Below are positions 13,778 through 38,200 of a stretch of 64,000 bases of DNA, one piece after another. The notes beneath the pieces are model-generated. The model did no database searches, was not told the origin of the DNA, and was given only the letters and a program-made list of their open reading frames with translations. The position numbers and the translations under genes are program-made. Each line of letters begins with the position of its first letter. Positions within the stretch are counted from its first letter, which is position 1. Source of the DNA: Acanthaster planci (Eukaryota). Location of the stretch: positions 2,589,825 through 2,653,824 of the forward strand of contig NW_019091361.1 of assembly GCF_001949145.1 (NCBI RefSeq). Direction: 5' to 3'.

Positions 13778-14347
13778 GGGATCAGGTCAACTTGGATTCA
13801 AACCAACTCGGACCCATGCCAACTCGGACCAAGGACTAACTCGGACCCACGCCAACCCGGACCCAATACTAACTCGGACCCAAGACCATCTTGGACCCAC
13901 AACCAACTCGGACCCACGCTAACTCGGACCTACTGAGTCTTATGGTTGCATTACACCAAATACGCACCCGTAGACCGAGATAGCCTGAAATAGCGCTAAC
14001 TCTTGAACATCGCGAAGAGATCGGCCTTTATTTTTTTGCTGGAAATTCAAGATTATTTTTTTCCCCTGGAAATTCAAGATTATGGCCAGAAAATGTTAAA
14101 GTGGACAACATCAAAATTTTCAACAAGCTAATCACGCTCCTGGGGTTGGATCCGAGTTGACTCAGGGTGGGTCCGAGATGGTCGTAGGTCCGAGTTAGTA
14201 CTATTGAGTCCCAGTTGGTTGTGGGTCCGAATTGGTCGTGGGTCCAGGTTAGTATTGGGTCCGAGTTGGCATGGGTCTGTGGTTGGTCATGGGTCTGGTG
14301 GTTGGTCGTGGGTCCGAGTTGGTTTGGGTCCGAGTTGACTCGAAGCT
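13778..14347. mobile_element. Foldback-like non-autonomous element whose inverted arms are built from ~17-bp subrepeats
   Basis: Left arm is an array of aactcggaccca units (13790-13935); right arm is an array of tgggtccgagtt units (14150-14340). Direct repeat ggctacct flanks both ends (13770-13777, 14348-14355), a candidate 8-9 bp TSD. Confidence 0.8.
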
Positions 14348-14408
14348 GGCTACCTTCATGACCTTCAATCTCATTCCTTGGCTTGGCTGGTATGGTCCCT
14401 GCACTCAC

Positions 14409-14453
14409 CTGACCATTTTCAAAGAAAAAAATTCACTGATATCTGAGCATCAC
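14409..14453 (-). other. Candidate 45-nt 5' exon of LRRC28
   Basis: Minus strand cctacag|GTGATG...GGTCAG|gtgagt, with canonical splice sites. Confidence 0.4.
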
Positions 14454-14637
14454 CTGTAGGCCATGTCTGTAACGTTATGTCAGAGTAAATCGTTTGCTCC
14501 CTTCGCTGCAGTTCGATAAACACCATGGAGGAATATTCTTATTCCTCCGTGATAAACACTCAGCAGACAGACATGACAGAGGAGACCGACTGATGCCTGA
14601 CAACTCAGTTTTTCCGGTTTTTCCCGAATTCCCCAAG

Positions 14638-15404
14638 TATGGTGTACTATTTACGACACACATTCCTGCCTCTCCTTTTCCTTCCTCCTTGCCGAATCCA
14701 AGGCGACGCAACTACAAGACGAGACGGCACGACAGCTCACATTTTCGATTTCTGCCTCTCTCTAGCCTCTTCCAAGGCGATGCAACTACACGACGAGACG
14801 GCACGACAGCTCCCAGCGTCATACCGTGCGTCGGGACGTCCCTTACGTCGCCTGAAACACAACGCGACGCACGTGTCGCGTCGTGAGCCGCTGTCGCCTT
14901 TGGCTTAATGGTGTTTATAGAGGGCGCCATTACTGTTTTCTTTCATTTCTGTCCCCGCGCTTGCAAAATACATGCCCTGAGCCGCAGGCGTTGATTTTTT
15001 TTTATTTCATCCATTCATCAGTTTGACTTAGTTTCTGTCATATTTTATTTTTGAAAAATGAAATAAAGAGCACATAGAAAATCTGCATTGTAGGCACTGC
15101 TCTCACATAAGTGTAAGCCCAGAATTCAGTTCGTCACTGGCCGATCTTTGTTCCAATTTTGGTCCACTAACTGTTTATTGCAATTGATGAAGTTCCCATT
15201 AGTGGTGATTTGTAACCTTATAGATGTTTCTCTGTGGTCCACCCCGGCAGTTTCCAAATACTACTCCCACTCCTCCACACAATTTGTCTGCAATTACACA
15301 ACCGAAAGTTTGACCACGGGTTATGAAGTTACTACCCAGCATGCACTTCGTCGCCTTGGAAGAGGCTGGGGGAGGCGGAAATGTGTCGTAAATAGTACAC
15401 CATA
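14638..15404. mobile_element. Non-autonomous TIR DNA transposon with a 6-bp TSD and TAT...ATA termini (IS3EU-like)
   Basis: TIR tatggtgtactatttacgacaca at 14638, with its reverse complement ending at 15404. Perfect TSD cccaag at 14632-14637 and 15405-15410. Internal ~42-bp direct repeat at about 14697 and 14771. Confidence 0.8.
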
Positions 15405-15511
15405 CCCAAGAAGGCAAGCGAAAAAGCGCCATCACTATCCTCCCCACGCCACTCACTTTGATACTTGGACAACTAGCTTCTAGTCGAATTAAGTGGTTAT
15501 GTTACGCCCAA

Positions 15512-15601
15512 ACCATAGCATAAAGCTGCATTCGGCTAGGCTGCTAGCAATCAAGGCCTTGATTGCTAGCAGCCTCGCCGAATGCAGCTTTATGCTATGG
15601 T
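15512..15601. repeat. 90-bp spacerless palindrome (one mismatch)
   Basis: accatagcataaagctgcattcggctaggctgctagcaatcaagg|ccttgattgctagcagcctcgccgaatgcagctttatgctatggt, centred on aggcct. Confidence 0.95.
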
Positions 15602-15753
15602 AAGGGAGCGCATGTTATTCCCAGCCGCAGCCGTTGAACATGGCCACACCATTTTCTAAAATGAAAAAAAAACCAACAGTAAAGCCCATTGTCAGAGACG
15701 TGTATAAAAAAAACTGGACTTGCAACGCCTTTGTATGAAATAAAAACAAGCCA

Positions 15754-15892
15754 GCGGCCATTTTACCGAGCCGAATACAACTGGCGGATTGACATATCAT
15801 ATGCATTCATACGTATGAAGCCGCACCTTCGGCGCTATACGATCTTTGAGATGAGTCAAACGGCGGTGGTTGTGTTGTACTGCGCATGCGCA
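15754..15892 (-). promoter_or_regulatory. Promoter-type motifs: NRF1 palindrome and YY1-like site
   Basis: Exact TGCGCATGCGCA at 15881-15892. AAAATGGCCGC on the minus strand at 15754-15764. Confidence 0.35.
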
Positions 15893-15965
15893 ATGTGTAT
15901 TAGACTCGCGTTGCAGCCGTTCATCCGTATAACAACAGTAAAAACACCGTCAACCTGTGTGAATT

Positions 15966-16025
15966 GCGGTTATAGCATAATGGTTTGTGATGCATGGGGT
16001 GTGGGTTCGATTCCCGGGTCGACAT
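15966..16025 (+). mobile_element. tRNA-derived SINE head or tRNA-like remnant (Pol III A and B boxes)
   Basis: A box tagcataatgg at 15973-15983; B box ggttcgattcc at 16004-16014. Spacing is too short for a complete cloverleaf. Confidence 0.4.
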
Positions 16026-16855
16026 TGTGGGCAGGGAGGCTTTTTTAAGGAAAATAAAGCCCGAATGTTATAGGAGCCTAATTTCACACGTGAAGTTTTT
16101 ATGGTTGGTTGAGCATCTAGACCGTGAGTCTAGTGCTCTGGCACCGTCAAACCATAGCTCCATGGTCAAACCACTTACAACAAAATAAAAATATCATCTT
16201 TTGTCAGATTTAATTTACTTTCCAACACAAAACATGTTCGTAGATATGGAGTCTTTGCTTTGATTCCGAAGCCTCGACTAACACATTCAAGGCTTGTCTT
16301 GAGTTTAACATTTTGAGCTTGAAGCCACTTCTGACACAAAGTCGAAATATTTCATGTATTTGAAAATGGATACGAGGCCACATCAGTACATACAGTGCAT
16401 GCAGTGACGAGACGAGGAAATTGCGCAATCTAAAGGTGACGTCACGAGTACTCACGCGTTGTGCCTGTGCTGAGCGTACGTACGTGAGTACGTGTGTCTG
16501 CTGTTCTAAATCCAGCACAAGTTCAAGTTTATTGCATATATCACATTGCAACTAAGGCATCGTGACCAGGTACACAGGTTGTGATTTACGACTACGAGGG
16601 GTTTCAATGAATTTGAAATACCTAGTTAAAACCACTACCTAACAAGAAAAAAAAAATCACACTGTAAAAGTGTAAGGAATGTCCTTGTATTTTTACCCCA
16701 TTTTTCTACCCTGCTCGTTTTAGTTCCTCAAAAGTTAATGTATGGCTAGCTTATGTTTCAAGTCTGCAGTATGACCGCTGATTACCCAGCACCAGACTTA
16801 CTAGTAGCCTGGCAACGACAACATGACGGGGACAGTCTCCGCCGTTTGCGCTTAC

Positions 16856-16913
16856 CATACGTCTGTTCATTGCTGCTACTGTAAGACACCCCCCCTTGAA
16901 CTTGAAACTGGCA
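16856..16913 (-). other. Candidate upstream exon of LRRC28 containing an in-frame ATG
   Basis: Minus strand ttttcttctctcaag|TGCC...ATGAACAGACGTATG|gtaagc. Splicing to 12668 gives MNRRM-VKMATTRS in frame. Confidence 0.4.
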
Positions 16914-18212
16914 CTTGAGAGAAGAAAAATCGGCACAGTACAGTACGACTAGATTGGGTAAACTAGGGAGTGGCAAAGTTTAGACGCTATACAGACACGA
17001 GTTGAATACAAAGTAAAAATCCCAAAGTTGATTGTTATTTCAAATACATGTAGTGTGTTCATGGCTTACTGAAAACACTATGACTGCGCGTCTGCAACGG
17101 CGTCTGGCGTTTGAAACTCAAGTTGGTCCATTGTACACGAGGTGAATCTGGCTTCGGCTTGAAACCAAGTATACCTAGCAGGGACCCGGTCCTCGCATCT
17201 CAACCGAATCTCATTCTTGGCTGGTGGATCTTCTTCGTTACACAAAAAAACTCAGCGTGAGAGGATACTCAATCCCGCACAAGAATCAGTGCACTCAGCC
17301 TTTCTCTCCCACAACGGCTGACTTCGCCGCTGACAGACTACGAGACATCATTTTATGCGTGACCTAGAACAAAGCTGGGGACTTGAACGCCTTGCACACT
17401 AGTTGGTTTCAGGATGTCAGAGGTACCCCCTTAAAAAAATGGGGGAACATTAAAAAAAAGTTGGAAACAACGAAGTAAATAAAAATAAGAAAGGAAATGG
17501 GATGGAAGTCACAGATTTCACCCCTCCACCCTTTGATGGGTTTATCATAAATGATCAATTCTCATTAATTCCCCGCCCAATGAGAAAAAATGATTTCCCT
17601 CCTTCCCCGGGAAAAATCCTAGCGACGCCCCTGCCGTAGTTCTTTTAAGATATATAGGCCTACCTAACCGTTGTATGTAAATCAAGCCAGTTGAACATTT
17701 CTTTAGCTTTTTCCTCCAGGGTTTAAGCTGTCAGGTTGGATTATGTGGCTAATAACCAGTCTGTCAGTTTTGTTAATTGTTCTCAAAGTAATTTTGCAAA
17801 TGACCATCTTTTTCACAAAGAAAAATTTCTCTTTGGAGTTGCAGGCCATAGTATATTTTTTCCGTTGTGAAAAAAAAATGTTTGAGCCAACAATCGCTTA
17901 TTAATTTTGATACTTTGACTAGTCCATCCTACTTTTGACTACCAAACCTCATTTGAAAAAAAAATTGTTCGGTTGGTCCGTTCTCGTTAGTAATCTTTGT
18001 TAATTCAATTTTTTTCTGCCGACTATGTACACTACAACGTCGATACTTTTAAAACTACTCTAACCCCGCTGGATTTTCAACGGCAAGTATCGTTCTGCGC
18101 TCGTGCTAGCTAGCTGGTGACGTAGCACGTCTGCGGCCGCGGAGTAGTGTATTGCACAACGCATGTGACATACATGTGTGCACGACGTGGTACGTGTACA
18201 AGAAAACATTAG

Positions 18213-18284
18213 CCTTTTCGAAACGAGACCATCTGTCAGACGGGTTGTTGGTTCGGTAGCAGGACTTGAAAACCAACCGCCAAG
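18213..18284 (+). promoter_or_regulatory. EEF2 pyrimidine-rich (TCT/5'TOP-like) start and 5'UTR
   Basis: ccttttc about 70 nt upstream of a good Kozak context (ccgccaagATGg). EEF2 mRNAs are established TOP mRNAs in animals. The exact TSS is inferred. Confidence 0.5.
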
Positions 18285-29799
<11,515 letters not shown>

Positions 29800-32214
29800 A
29801 ACTCGATGGCAGCTCGGGAAGAAAACTGGCCAGAGATCACCGATGACTGAGCTTTCCTGGTGTATTAAATTGCATATTACGACAGTTAAAAAAACCCAAA
29901 TGAAACTGTGATGTATCATGTAATAGGAGTCGAAAAGTATTTCAATTATTTTAATATTCATCTCGACTCTTGTTTAAAATCAAAGGAATACTTTTTTTTT
30001 GTTCTCTCCATCTAGATAAACTGAAAATTGTTTAAGGTAATAATACTCATTATTCTAATAATTTGAGAAGAATGTAAATGCTGACTGCATAGGCGAGATG
30101 TAGTAGTTGTCAACAATTAAAGTGGGACCCAAATCTTTGGACTGGTGTTCTAGCCATAACAGTCCCAAATCTTCCAATTTCAATATGATTTTACACACAC
30201 ACTAGGTGATTAAAAATTAAGGTTAATGGTCATAAATATTACTCACCAGGCAAGCAAGTGCCGTTTCCAAATGTTAAATATACTGAATACGGATGGAGGT
30301 TCTTTGAAAAATTTTATTAGGTCTGCTTTCCAAAATGGCACAGTTTGTCAATTTGTTGGATCTTGGAATGTGGACTCATGCACACGCAAGTACTGCTCTA
30401 TTTTGTGAAAAAATTTTATTTAAAATGACTTCCTCAAACCAGATGCAGAGTTTACATGTAATGTAGCTTTATTTGTAGAGGAGCAAACATACCTCAGTGG
30501 CTAGAGATAAGTAATTTATTTGTGCCCTTGAATATACCCCTTGCTGTAGTAGAAGTTGAACTTGTCCCATCCAGATGTGTCGTTGCATTTGTCCCTCCCA
30601 GATGTGTCGTTGCAGTTTCCTCATGAATTGGTGAAGTTGAAAGCCTGCAACTTTCCACTGTTTCTCAAGTTGACCATCAAATAGACTCCGTGCAGAATGG
30701 GTTCGCTTAATACACGTTGTACTTTCAGTTTGGGGTCGACATCGCATATTGAAGCTATTGTTGAGTTTGTCCGAGGTGTAGTGGGGTTTTGCATCGCAGA
30801 TTTGCAGGAGGTGAGCCAGAAATGTGCCGAGGGCATGCATAGGGAGATTGGCTTGTCAACATATTAAAATGCTGTGAAGATACTTAACATGAATCTGTGT
30901 ACGTTTTGTGTTCGCCTCAAAGTTGCTTATGCCGCTTTTTGAGTTAGTCGGGAACAAATGGGATGGCTGCATTAAATTCACAGTTTATGTATTTTGAGCA
31001 CCATTTCTTCAAAACGGCTCAATGACGGCTATGCAGATCTGGGGAGTCTGCAGGAGATAGTGGTTTTATATGGTGGCCATGAAACCATCTTGGCACTTAA
31101 TGTTTAAACAAACTTGTTAAGAGCGTGTGACCAGTTTTGCTATCTTTTTTGCTCAGTTTTGGTGGGGAAAAATTTTATGGCTAATCAAATAGCAAAATCT
31201 GTTTCTGCAAATGTGGCACTTCAATGTTGCTTCTCTGAAAATTATCAATTTTTATCGTACTTTGGCACATAGGCTTATAAAGAGTTTCCCTAGGCACTGT
31301 GAAATGCAGTTACGAGGGAATTGTGTTCAGGTGGTCATCAAATTCCGTACAAGGGGGATATTGCACTGGGACACACATTAAAGCATAGAGGGGAGAATAG
31401 TGTCCTTGACAGTGAAGCAACTAAAAGGGGGTGCAAGTTCCTGCCCCCCCCCCATTTTTTTTTTCTTTTAAAAACATTACACCACACTTCGCTCGTTGCC
31501 CAGCGCCCGAAGAGAGCGTTTGGAAGGGCAGATGGCCTTGCACAGATTTTGGTGAAGGAAATACGTCACGCTGGGTCACAGCTAATGACGCGCAGAGCAT
31601 TGTCGGTAAATTGCTGCCAGGCGCGCGAGCTCGCTCAATGCGCGGTGGTTATCCATTGGTTTTTTCTCTTTTCTTCCTCGGTGCTGAAAATGTTCTTACT
31701 ACACTTGGTGAGGGATGTCATTTGAAAAATGGCCGCTGGGAAGCTAGGCTTGGCAACATTCACTTGGGGGGGTGAGTTTGTTTTGGGCGGATAATTAAAA
31801 AATTCATTGGTTAACCTATTAAAAATTGAAAATCAAATGAAATCTCAAGGACCAAACAACATATTATTTTTTTTGAGAGGCCTAAGGGACTTCAGTTGCC
31901 TGCCATGGGGCTTCAAACTTAGTTGATTTTACACTATTTTCAATGGAGCTTGAATTGGTTCAGTGCACCCTTCTAGGCTCGAAGTTTACCCTACCCGCTG
32001 TCAATTTCAGTCAATTGAGGGCGCCATTGTTAAGGCAGTGGGCCACTGCGCACTTGCATCGTATCATGCATACACGCTGCAGCCCTGCACGCTTAACACG
32101 TGTGTTAACGAACATAGACAAACTTAAATCGTAACTTTCATGCGCGGTATTTTCCATTTTTGTACTGTTTCTGACAAGTTATGTGTTTTGTCGGCATTAT
32201 TCTTCGAAGGAGCA

Positions 32215-35200
32215 ATGGAATCCTTGGTCATACGAAACGTTTTGACAGATTTCGGGAAAAATAGTGATTTACCGGAGAACTTTACGGGGTAGGTTTCAGC
32301 ATGGAGAAATGGTTTCAAGGAGTTGTTAACCATAAAAGTACCTATGCATCATAGCCATGACTTGCAGTGACATGAATGATCCGTGACCAGCTGGTGACCG
32401 TCCATGAACTAAGGCTAGGCCTGAGTATCAAGCCATTCTGGTGCATGTTACATGAAGGGTCTAAGCATGATGGACAAAGTTATTGCAGGGAGTTGTACTT
32501 GTAAGTTGTTGGACCAGAGACACATGAGAGAGTATGTCATCATGGTCATGCCTTTGAGAAAAATTTTGGGACACAATTGCAGAGTACCTCTCCACTCAGC
32601 ATGCGATATGCTCAGATACACATCATATGCCACTGCACCTCTTCATAGCTGACTATGGCTGCCTAGCCTGTCGAGTGGTAGCTAGGCGTAGGGTATTGAT
32701 GGGCCTACATGTATTTCAGGTCAAAACTGCCTGACAAGATAGTCAGAAAGTTAGGTTTAGATGCATTCAGAAAGGCCACCAATATGGACGATAATTTCCA
32801 ATTAAGTTTATTTTTGGCCGATAGGATTGTTAACTCAAATTTTTTAAGGTTTAGGCTCTATTGTCTTATACATGTATCTAACAAGACGTTGCACCAGATG
32901 TTATTTAAATTTATCACACAGATTTTATTGGTCACTTATGTATCACCCAGAACTCTGTCTACCCCCAGAACTGTGGGGTAAACTCTGCCTTCATGTTATT
33001 TTGTTGGTTCTTTCTCTTTCTGTTACACTTCAGTGCACAACCACATCTTGAAAAGCCATTTACTGAATGTGCCAAGAGACTTTTTGATCTGGGCAGTGAC
33101 TGCTCCATCCACAAACCGCTGTCATCTTCAGATGGACTGACAGAACTTATCATCGAAGGTTTGGACGGTGAACAAATATGGGAGGAGATAGAACTGACAA
33201 ACGGACCACTTCTTAAGCAGGCAGTGCGAGACATCGCAAGGCTGTTAACGAGCCGCGCTGGTGTCTCATTAGTGACAACAGCAACCAAGGAGGGAGGACA
33301 CTGTGTTGGAACGAGGGAAAAGTATGACTCTGAGGAAGCAAAGTCTGATGAGGGGGGAGTGTTCGGTGGTAGTCAAGACCTCTTTGCCGAGTCTCAGCAC
33401 ACCGCCACTTCATGTTCGGACTCCTCCGATCAAGACTCAAACACAGATTTTGATATCAGGGATCTGGAAGCTCGGGCAAAGAAAACGATGGTGGAGAAGC
33501 TGTCTACGAGAGCAGCACAAGCTCGCTCGCCAAGAGGCAGGTCGTCCGTGGTGGACGACGAATTCTTCAAACTGTCGGAGATGGAGAGGTTTCTGGAGAT
33601 GGAGGATGCGAAAGAGGAGAGGCGGAGAAAGAGGGAGGAAGCCGGGGGTGGTGAGGAAGAGGAGCAAGACCCAGGAGAGGACAAGGAGGCAGAGTCTGTC
33701 GACCTCTTTGATGACATGTCTTCAGATGAGGTACCGTAAGTTCTGAGGCCTATTGCAAATCGTAGTCTGGCTTTGGTCTCAAAAAGAGGAGTCACATTGT
33801 ACTCGAAGATCTCAACTTGAGGACCAATGTCATAAAAATGAAGGCTGGAGTCCAAGCTAGAGCTGAGATTTCTAGAGATTTGGAAAAGAGCCATGATTGG
33901 CAGCAGCTGATGTTAGCACTGTATAATGCAATGGGTGATTGTTCCAAATGACATGCATGCTGACAAGTAAATTAATAGTTGGAAATGCCAGAACGTGTTG
34001 GAAGTTTGGAATTCTGGTTTTTACACTGCGTTGGCTGTTGTACTCAGGCCCAGTTTCATAACTCTAGCGGCATCTTTGACCACCATCTGTTCTTTCAATG
34101 TTAACATAGGATTTTACAGGCCAGGAATCCTTTTTGTAATGGGGTTGTTTGCTAGTCTGTAAAATCCACTTGCATTGCACTGTCAGTGCCAAATTTTTGC
34201 TGTGGTAAGCAGAAGTGTGACAGCTGACGATGTTGGGATCATATTGTCATGATACCTTTGGGCCTTTTAAAAAAGAATCCCATGCATGATCTACATGCAT
34301 TTCTCGAAGTTTCTTTTGAAGCAGAATGTCCAATCCATGTTTGCTTTGCTCAGGAGGAGAGTGCCAGAAACATGCGGTACGGAGACTACTTTGACAGCGA
34401 TAATCAAAACAAACCATCTGCCAAGAAGGGCATCAGGTTTGAGGAGATTGGTGAAGAAGATGAGGATGAAAGGAGTGATGATGACATCGATGATGATGGC
34501 TCATTTAGGATGGAAAGTAAGAGGTCAGTATCGCCTGAATATGGAATGGTAACGGATTAGATTGCAGTAACAAGAAGAACCTGTGTAGTTAGAGTAGTGC
34601 TGTAAAATCCAAGTACCACCCGTACGCTGTCATGTAACTGTACGTCAGGAGTTGGGGCTAGCATGATGTTAAAGTGAAGCAGTGAACTGGGAGATCTTGG
34701 ATGGGAAACCGTTCCTTTTGCAGGGATTCGTAGCTTGTTGAAATTGCTTCATTCTGGTCCCGAGGCACAGATAACCCTTTGTGAATGTCACGGGGGTCAC
34801 ATCCTTGAGATTTGAGGTCCACCTTTACCTAGGAAGCCCGCCATTGAAGAGTACGGATTCCCTGGTTCTTCTGACAGCAGTGTAATGATGCCAACGTATA
34901 CTTGAGCGTGCACATGGGAAATATCTACCAAAATTATCCATAAATATTTGTTATTTTGAAATACCACTTGTGTGTGGAAAACTAGACCGGGGTTGCCAAA
35001 GTCACTGACCCCTGAATGGCAAGGTTATTTCCGACAATAAACAAGTGATTTCTTTTAAACTTAATGTTACTAGCCCTGACGAGGATAAAGCAGGTGAAAG
35101 TGATGACAGTGATGTTGAAGAAGATGATGATTGCGGTGATAACGGAGACAGTGAGGGGGAAGATCTGGCCGACATTCTTGGAGGCAGGGCTAGCGAGAAG

Positions 35201-38200
35201 AGGTCAACCTTTGAAAAGAGACAGGAAAAGGTATCCTTCATTTTGGCTGGAAAGTTATCTTGTGTAAATGACAAGTATATAGAAATGCTAGATGTGGAGA
35301 ACGTGGTCATGCAGAGTGACCACTATCAATGGAACCAAATTCAGCGTTTCACTGAGGTTTACAATTGTTTGTGTAGTGCATGGCAAGTCAAACTGTTTAT
35401 TCCACAGGAGTTCCTTTAATTATTTGGTTTTCCGATTCCCTGTAATTCTGTTTCTCACCACACTGCGACTGATCAGTTTATTTTCATACATGCAGGCAAT
35501 GTGTATTCTAATGAGGTGAATCTGCATTTTTTGGGGTTACTTTGAAGCTGAAACAAAAGATAGAGCGACTGGAAGAGGCCAACCTGAGTGAGAAACCATG
35601 GCAACTGTCTGGGGAAGTCAAAGGCACCAAGAGACCGGAGAACAGCCTGCTGCAGGAGGACTTGGACTTCGATGTCACCACCAAACCAGGTACATGTACC
35701 CACTCACTGATCCGGCTAACCAGCCTAAGACCACGCCACCTACGCCTGTGTGAAGGTGGCATCAAGAGAATTGTGCACTTTGAGTTGAAGATGGCATATT
35801 AGAGAGAAGTGCCAATACAGTGTTATACATCTCCTGGGATAGATCTCTGGTCATTTAGGATCGTTTATATTCTGAAAGTTAAAAGATCATTTGTTTTTCC
35901 TCATGCCTTGTTGTAAATTACTTCCAAAGCTCTTGGAATTCTTGCAGTTGAGTTGTTGCAGGGGGCAGTGTCCGAGTTGAAGTGCCAAAATTCTTCTCAG
36001 CCACTAATTACCAAAAGGGTTGTTAACCAGAACACCTCAACTGAATTCCACTTTTCAGTATTTATGAGTTATGTTTGAGCTTGGATCTGGAGTCTCCTGT
36101 CACTGTCATATTTGGCTCTGTAACTGAGGTTCAGCATATTCAAGCTCTGGTAGGAGTAATTAGGTAGATAGGGTGAAAGAGTTAGTTTTCATGTTTACCT
36201 TTGCCCTTCGGGCCACTGTGGTCAGAGTTGAGCTATGCATTCTTCACGGAGCTGGAATCTACTGAGGAATACTTCGTAGGCCTGGTGAGCAGGGGTAACG
36301 GTGGTAGAGTGTTTGCACCCTGCTGGTCACATTCACCAGATACATGTAGCCATGCTTCACAGGCACAAAAATTGTGCTTTGTCAACTTGCTGATGGATGG
36401 TCATTTTGCAGCACCTGTGATCACCGAGGAAACAACGCAAGCCCTAGAGGACATCATCCGCCAGCGAATACTGGACCGCGCCTGGGACGACGTAGAGAGG
36501 AAACAGCGACGGCTGGAGGAACCCTACGAGTTCAAGAAACGCATCACGCTGGACCAGGAGAAGAGCAAGCAGAGCCTGGCCGAGATCTACGAGAAGGAGT
36601 ACCTCAAACAAGCCGAGGTAGGCTGCACTTCTCGCACCGTAGTGCTGTACTCGCTACTCTCATTCCGGTTTCATTTCATGCCGTTTTAACACTCAACTCA
36701 TTGCTGTGTGCTCAGCTGCATGATGGGGTTTTCGATGAGATTTGTCTCGTGAGTTATCGGTGTTGCCATAGATACTTGTAATGTACTTGTAATGATCATT
36801 GTCAAATACTCTCTTTTCAGTCTGCTGGTCAGTTCACTGAACTGTGCTCAATTTCATTTCAAATTCAGTTTTCGTTCTCACAGTTGAATTCATTCAGTGC
36901 TGAATTTCATGTCAAATACTCTGTTTTCAATCACTTTATTTCATTGAATTGTCTTCACCTGAATTTTTTAAGTTGCCTGGGGAAATGCCAAAGTAGTGCT
37001 GGTGTACTTGGATTGTACTTCAGAACTTTGCAAATGATTCAGTACGGTACTCAGTGTGATGTCTACATGAGATACCATTGTTCAATGTTGTATTTCTTAT
37101 ACTCAAGTGTAAGCGTTGCGTTTGTACACTCACAACTGGTCGATGCGAGCTCAAGGTTTTCTTGCACCTAGACTTGTATTTACCCCTGTTGTTGTGAGTA
37201 ACGCATCACTCACTTCCTAAATCTTCTAAACTACATCACCGTCTTAACCCTACTAGAGTGGGTGTTGGAATCCACCTCACTGCCCATCAATTTTCTTCTG
37301 ACAGGAATCCTGACACATAATCTTATCATGCCAAGCCTCCAGGTTGGACACTTATGACTCATATCATTTTCACTCCAATGTTTCAGTGTCCATGGTGATC
37401 TCTTGGTGGCACTTAGTCAATTGCTCTCTTTTTTTTTTCTGGAATATTTGCAGCAAGAGAAGGAGGACGAAGAGAACCCCGCCCACACTGAGATCAAGAC
37501 CATGATGGATGCCCTTTTTGTCAAACTGGACGCTCTCTCTAACTTCCATTACATGCCCAGACCGGTAAAGTCACATTTGATGATGCTGCATTAAACCCCC
37601 CCCCCTCCGACTTTGGAGTGAAATTCTGGAAGGTGCTTTATTACTATGCCAAACCTTGTTGGCCAGCGTTGTGTTTTGTTTAGTAAAATAGACCTGAGGT
37701 AGACCAGCTTCTCCCCGTTTGAGGTCACAAAAGAAGCAATATCCGCAGTGTTCTACTGTATGCATTTGCCCTGTTTGTGTTAACACACTGTGGGTAACTC
37801 TTGGAAAAAGTTTGAATCGATACATTAAGCGAAGCCTGAGGGAATGAAGATAAAATATACACATACATGAACCAACTGGAATTGCTGAAATATAAAGTCT
37901 TCTTAAGATTTCCTGTTTCATGTAGGAGTTTTTTAATAGCACATTCTCAAGAAGCAAAATGACACAAGCATTTACATGCACAGATTATTTTCTGCAGTGG
38001 CATGTGCCAAAAGAGGGAATGCACTTCACATTTTTTCACTGGTTCCCTGCCATGTTAAAGGAACTATTACCGAGTACCAGCTCGAAGAGGTGTATTGCAT
38101 TCTAAACACAGAAATTAGGTCTTGCATGTTGTCTTTGTTAAGTGCAGCGTCCCAGCTCACCAGAATTTCTCCAGTTTGATACTCATGACCTCTGAACTCT

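Noticed and set aside
13790..14340. Regularly spaced short repeats superficially like a CRISPR array
   Set aside because: Units are about 17 bp with no unique 25-40 bp spacers, occur as two inverted arrays with a TSD, and sit in a eukaryotic intron with no cas genes.
30469..31090. 123-aa minus-strand ORF and a WPPY...SPDL-like string between EEF2 and MPP10
   Set aside because: The motif halves are in different frames and no other transposase motifs were recognised, so a gene or Tc1/mariner call cannot be supported.
33303..33894. Long alternative-frame and antisense ORFs over MPP10 exon 2 (similar ones overlie EEF2 exons)
   Set aside because: Shadow ORFs expected from the codon bias of acidic, GC-rich coding exons.
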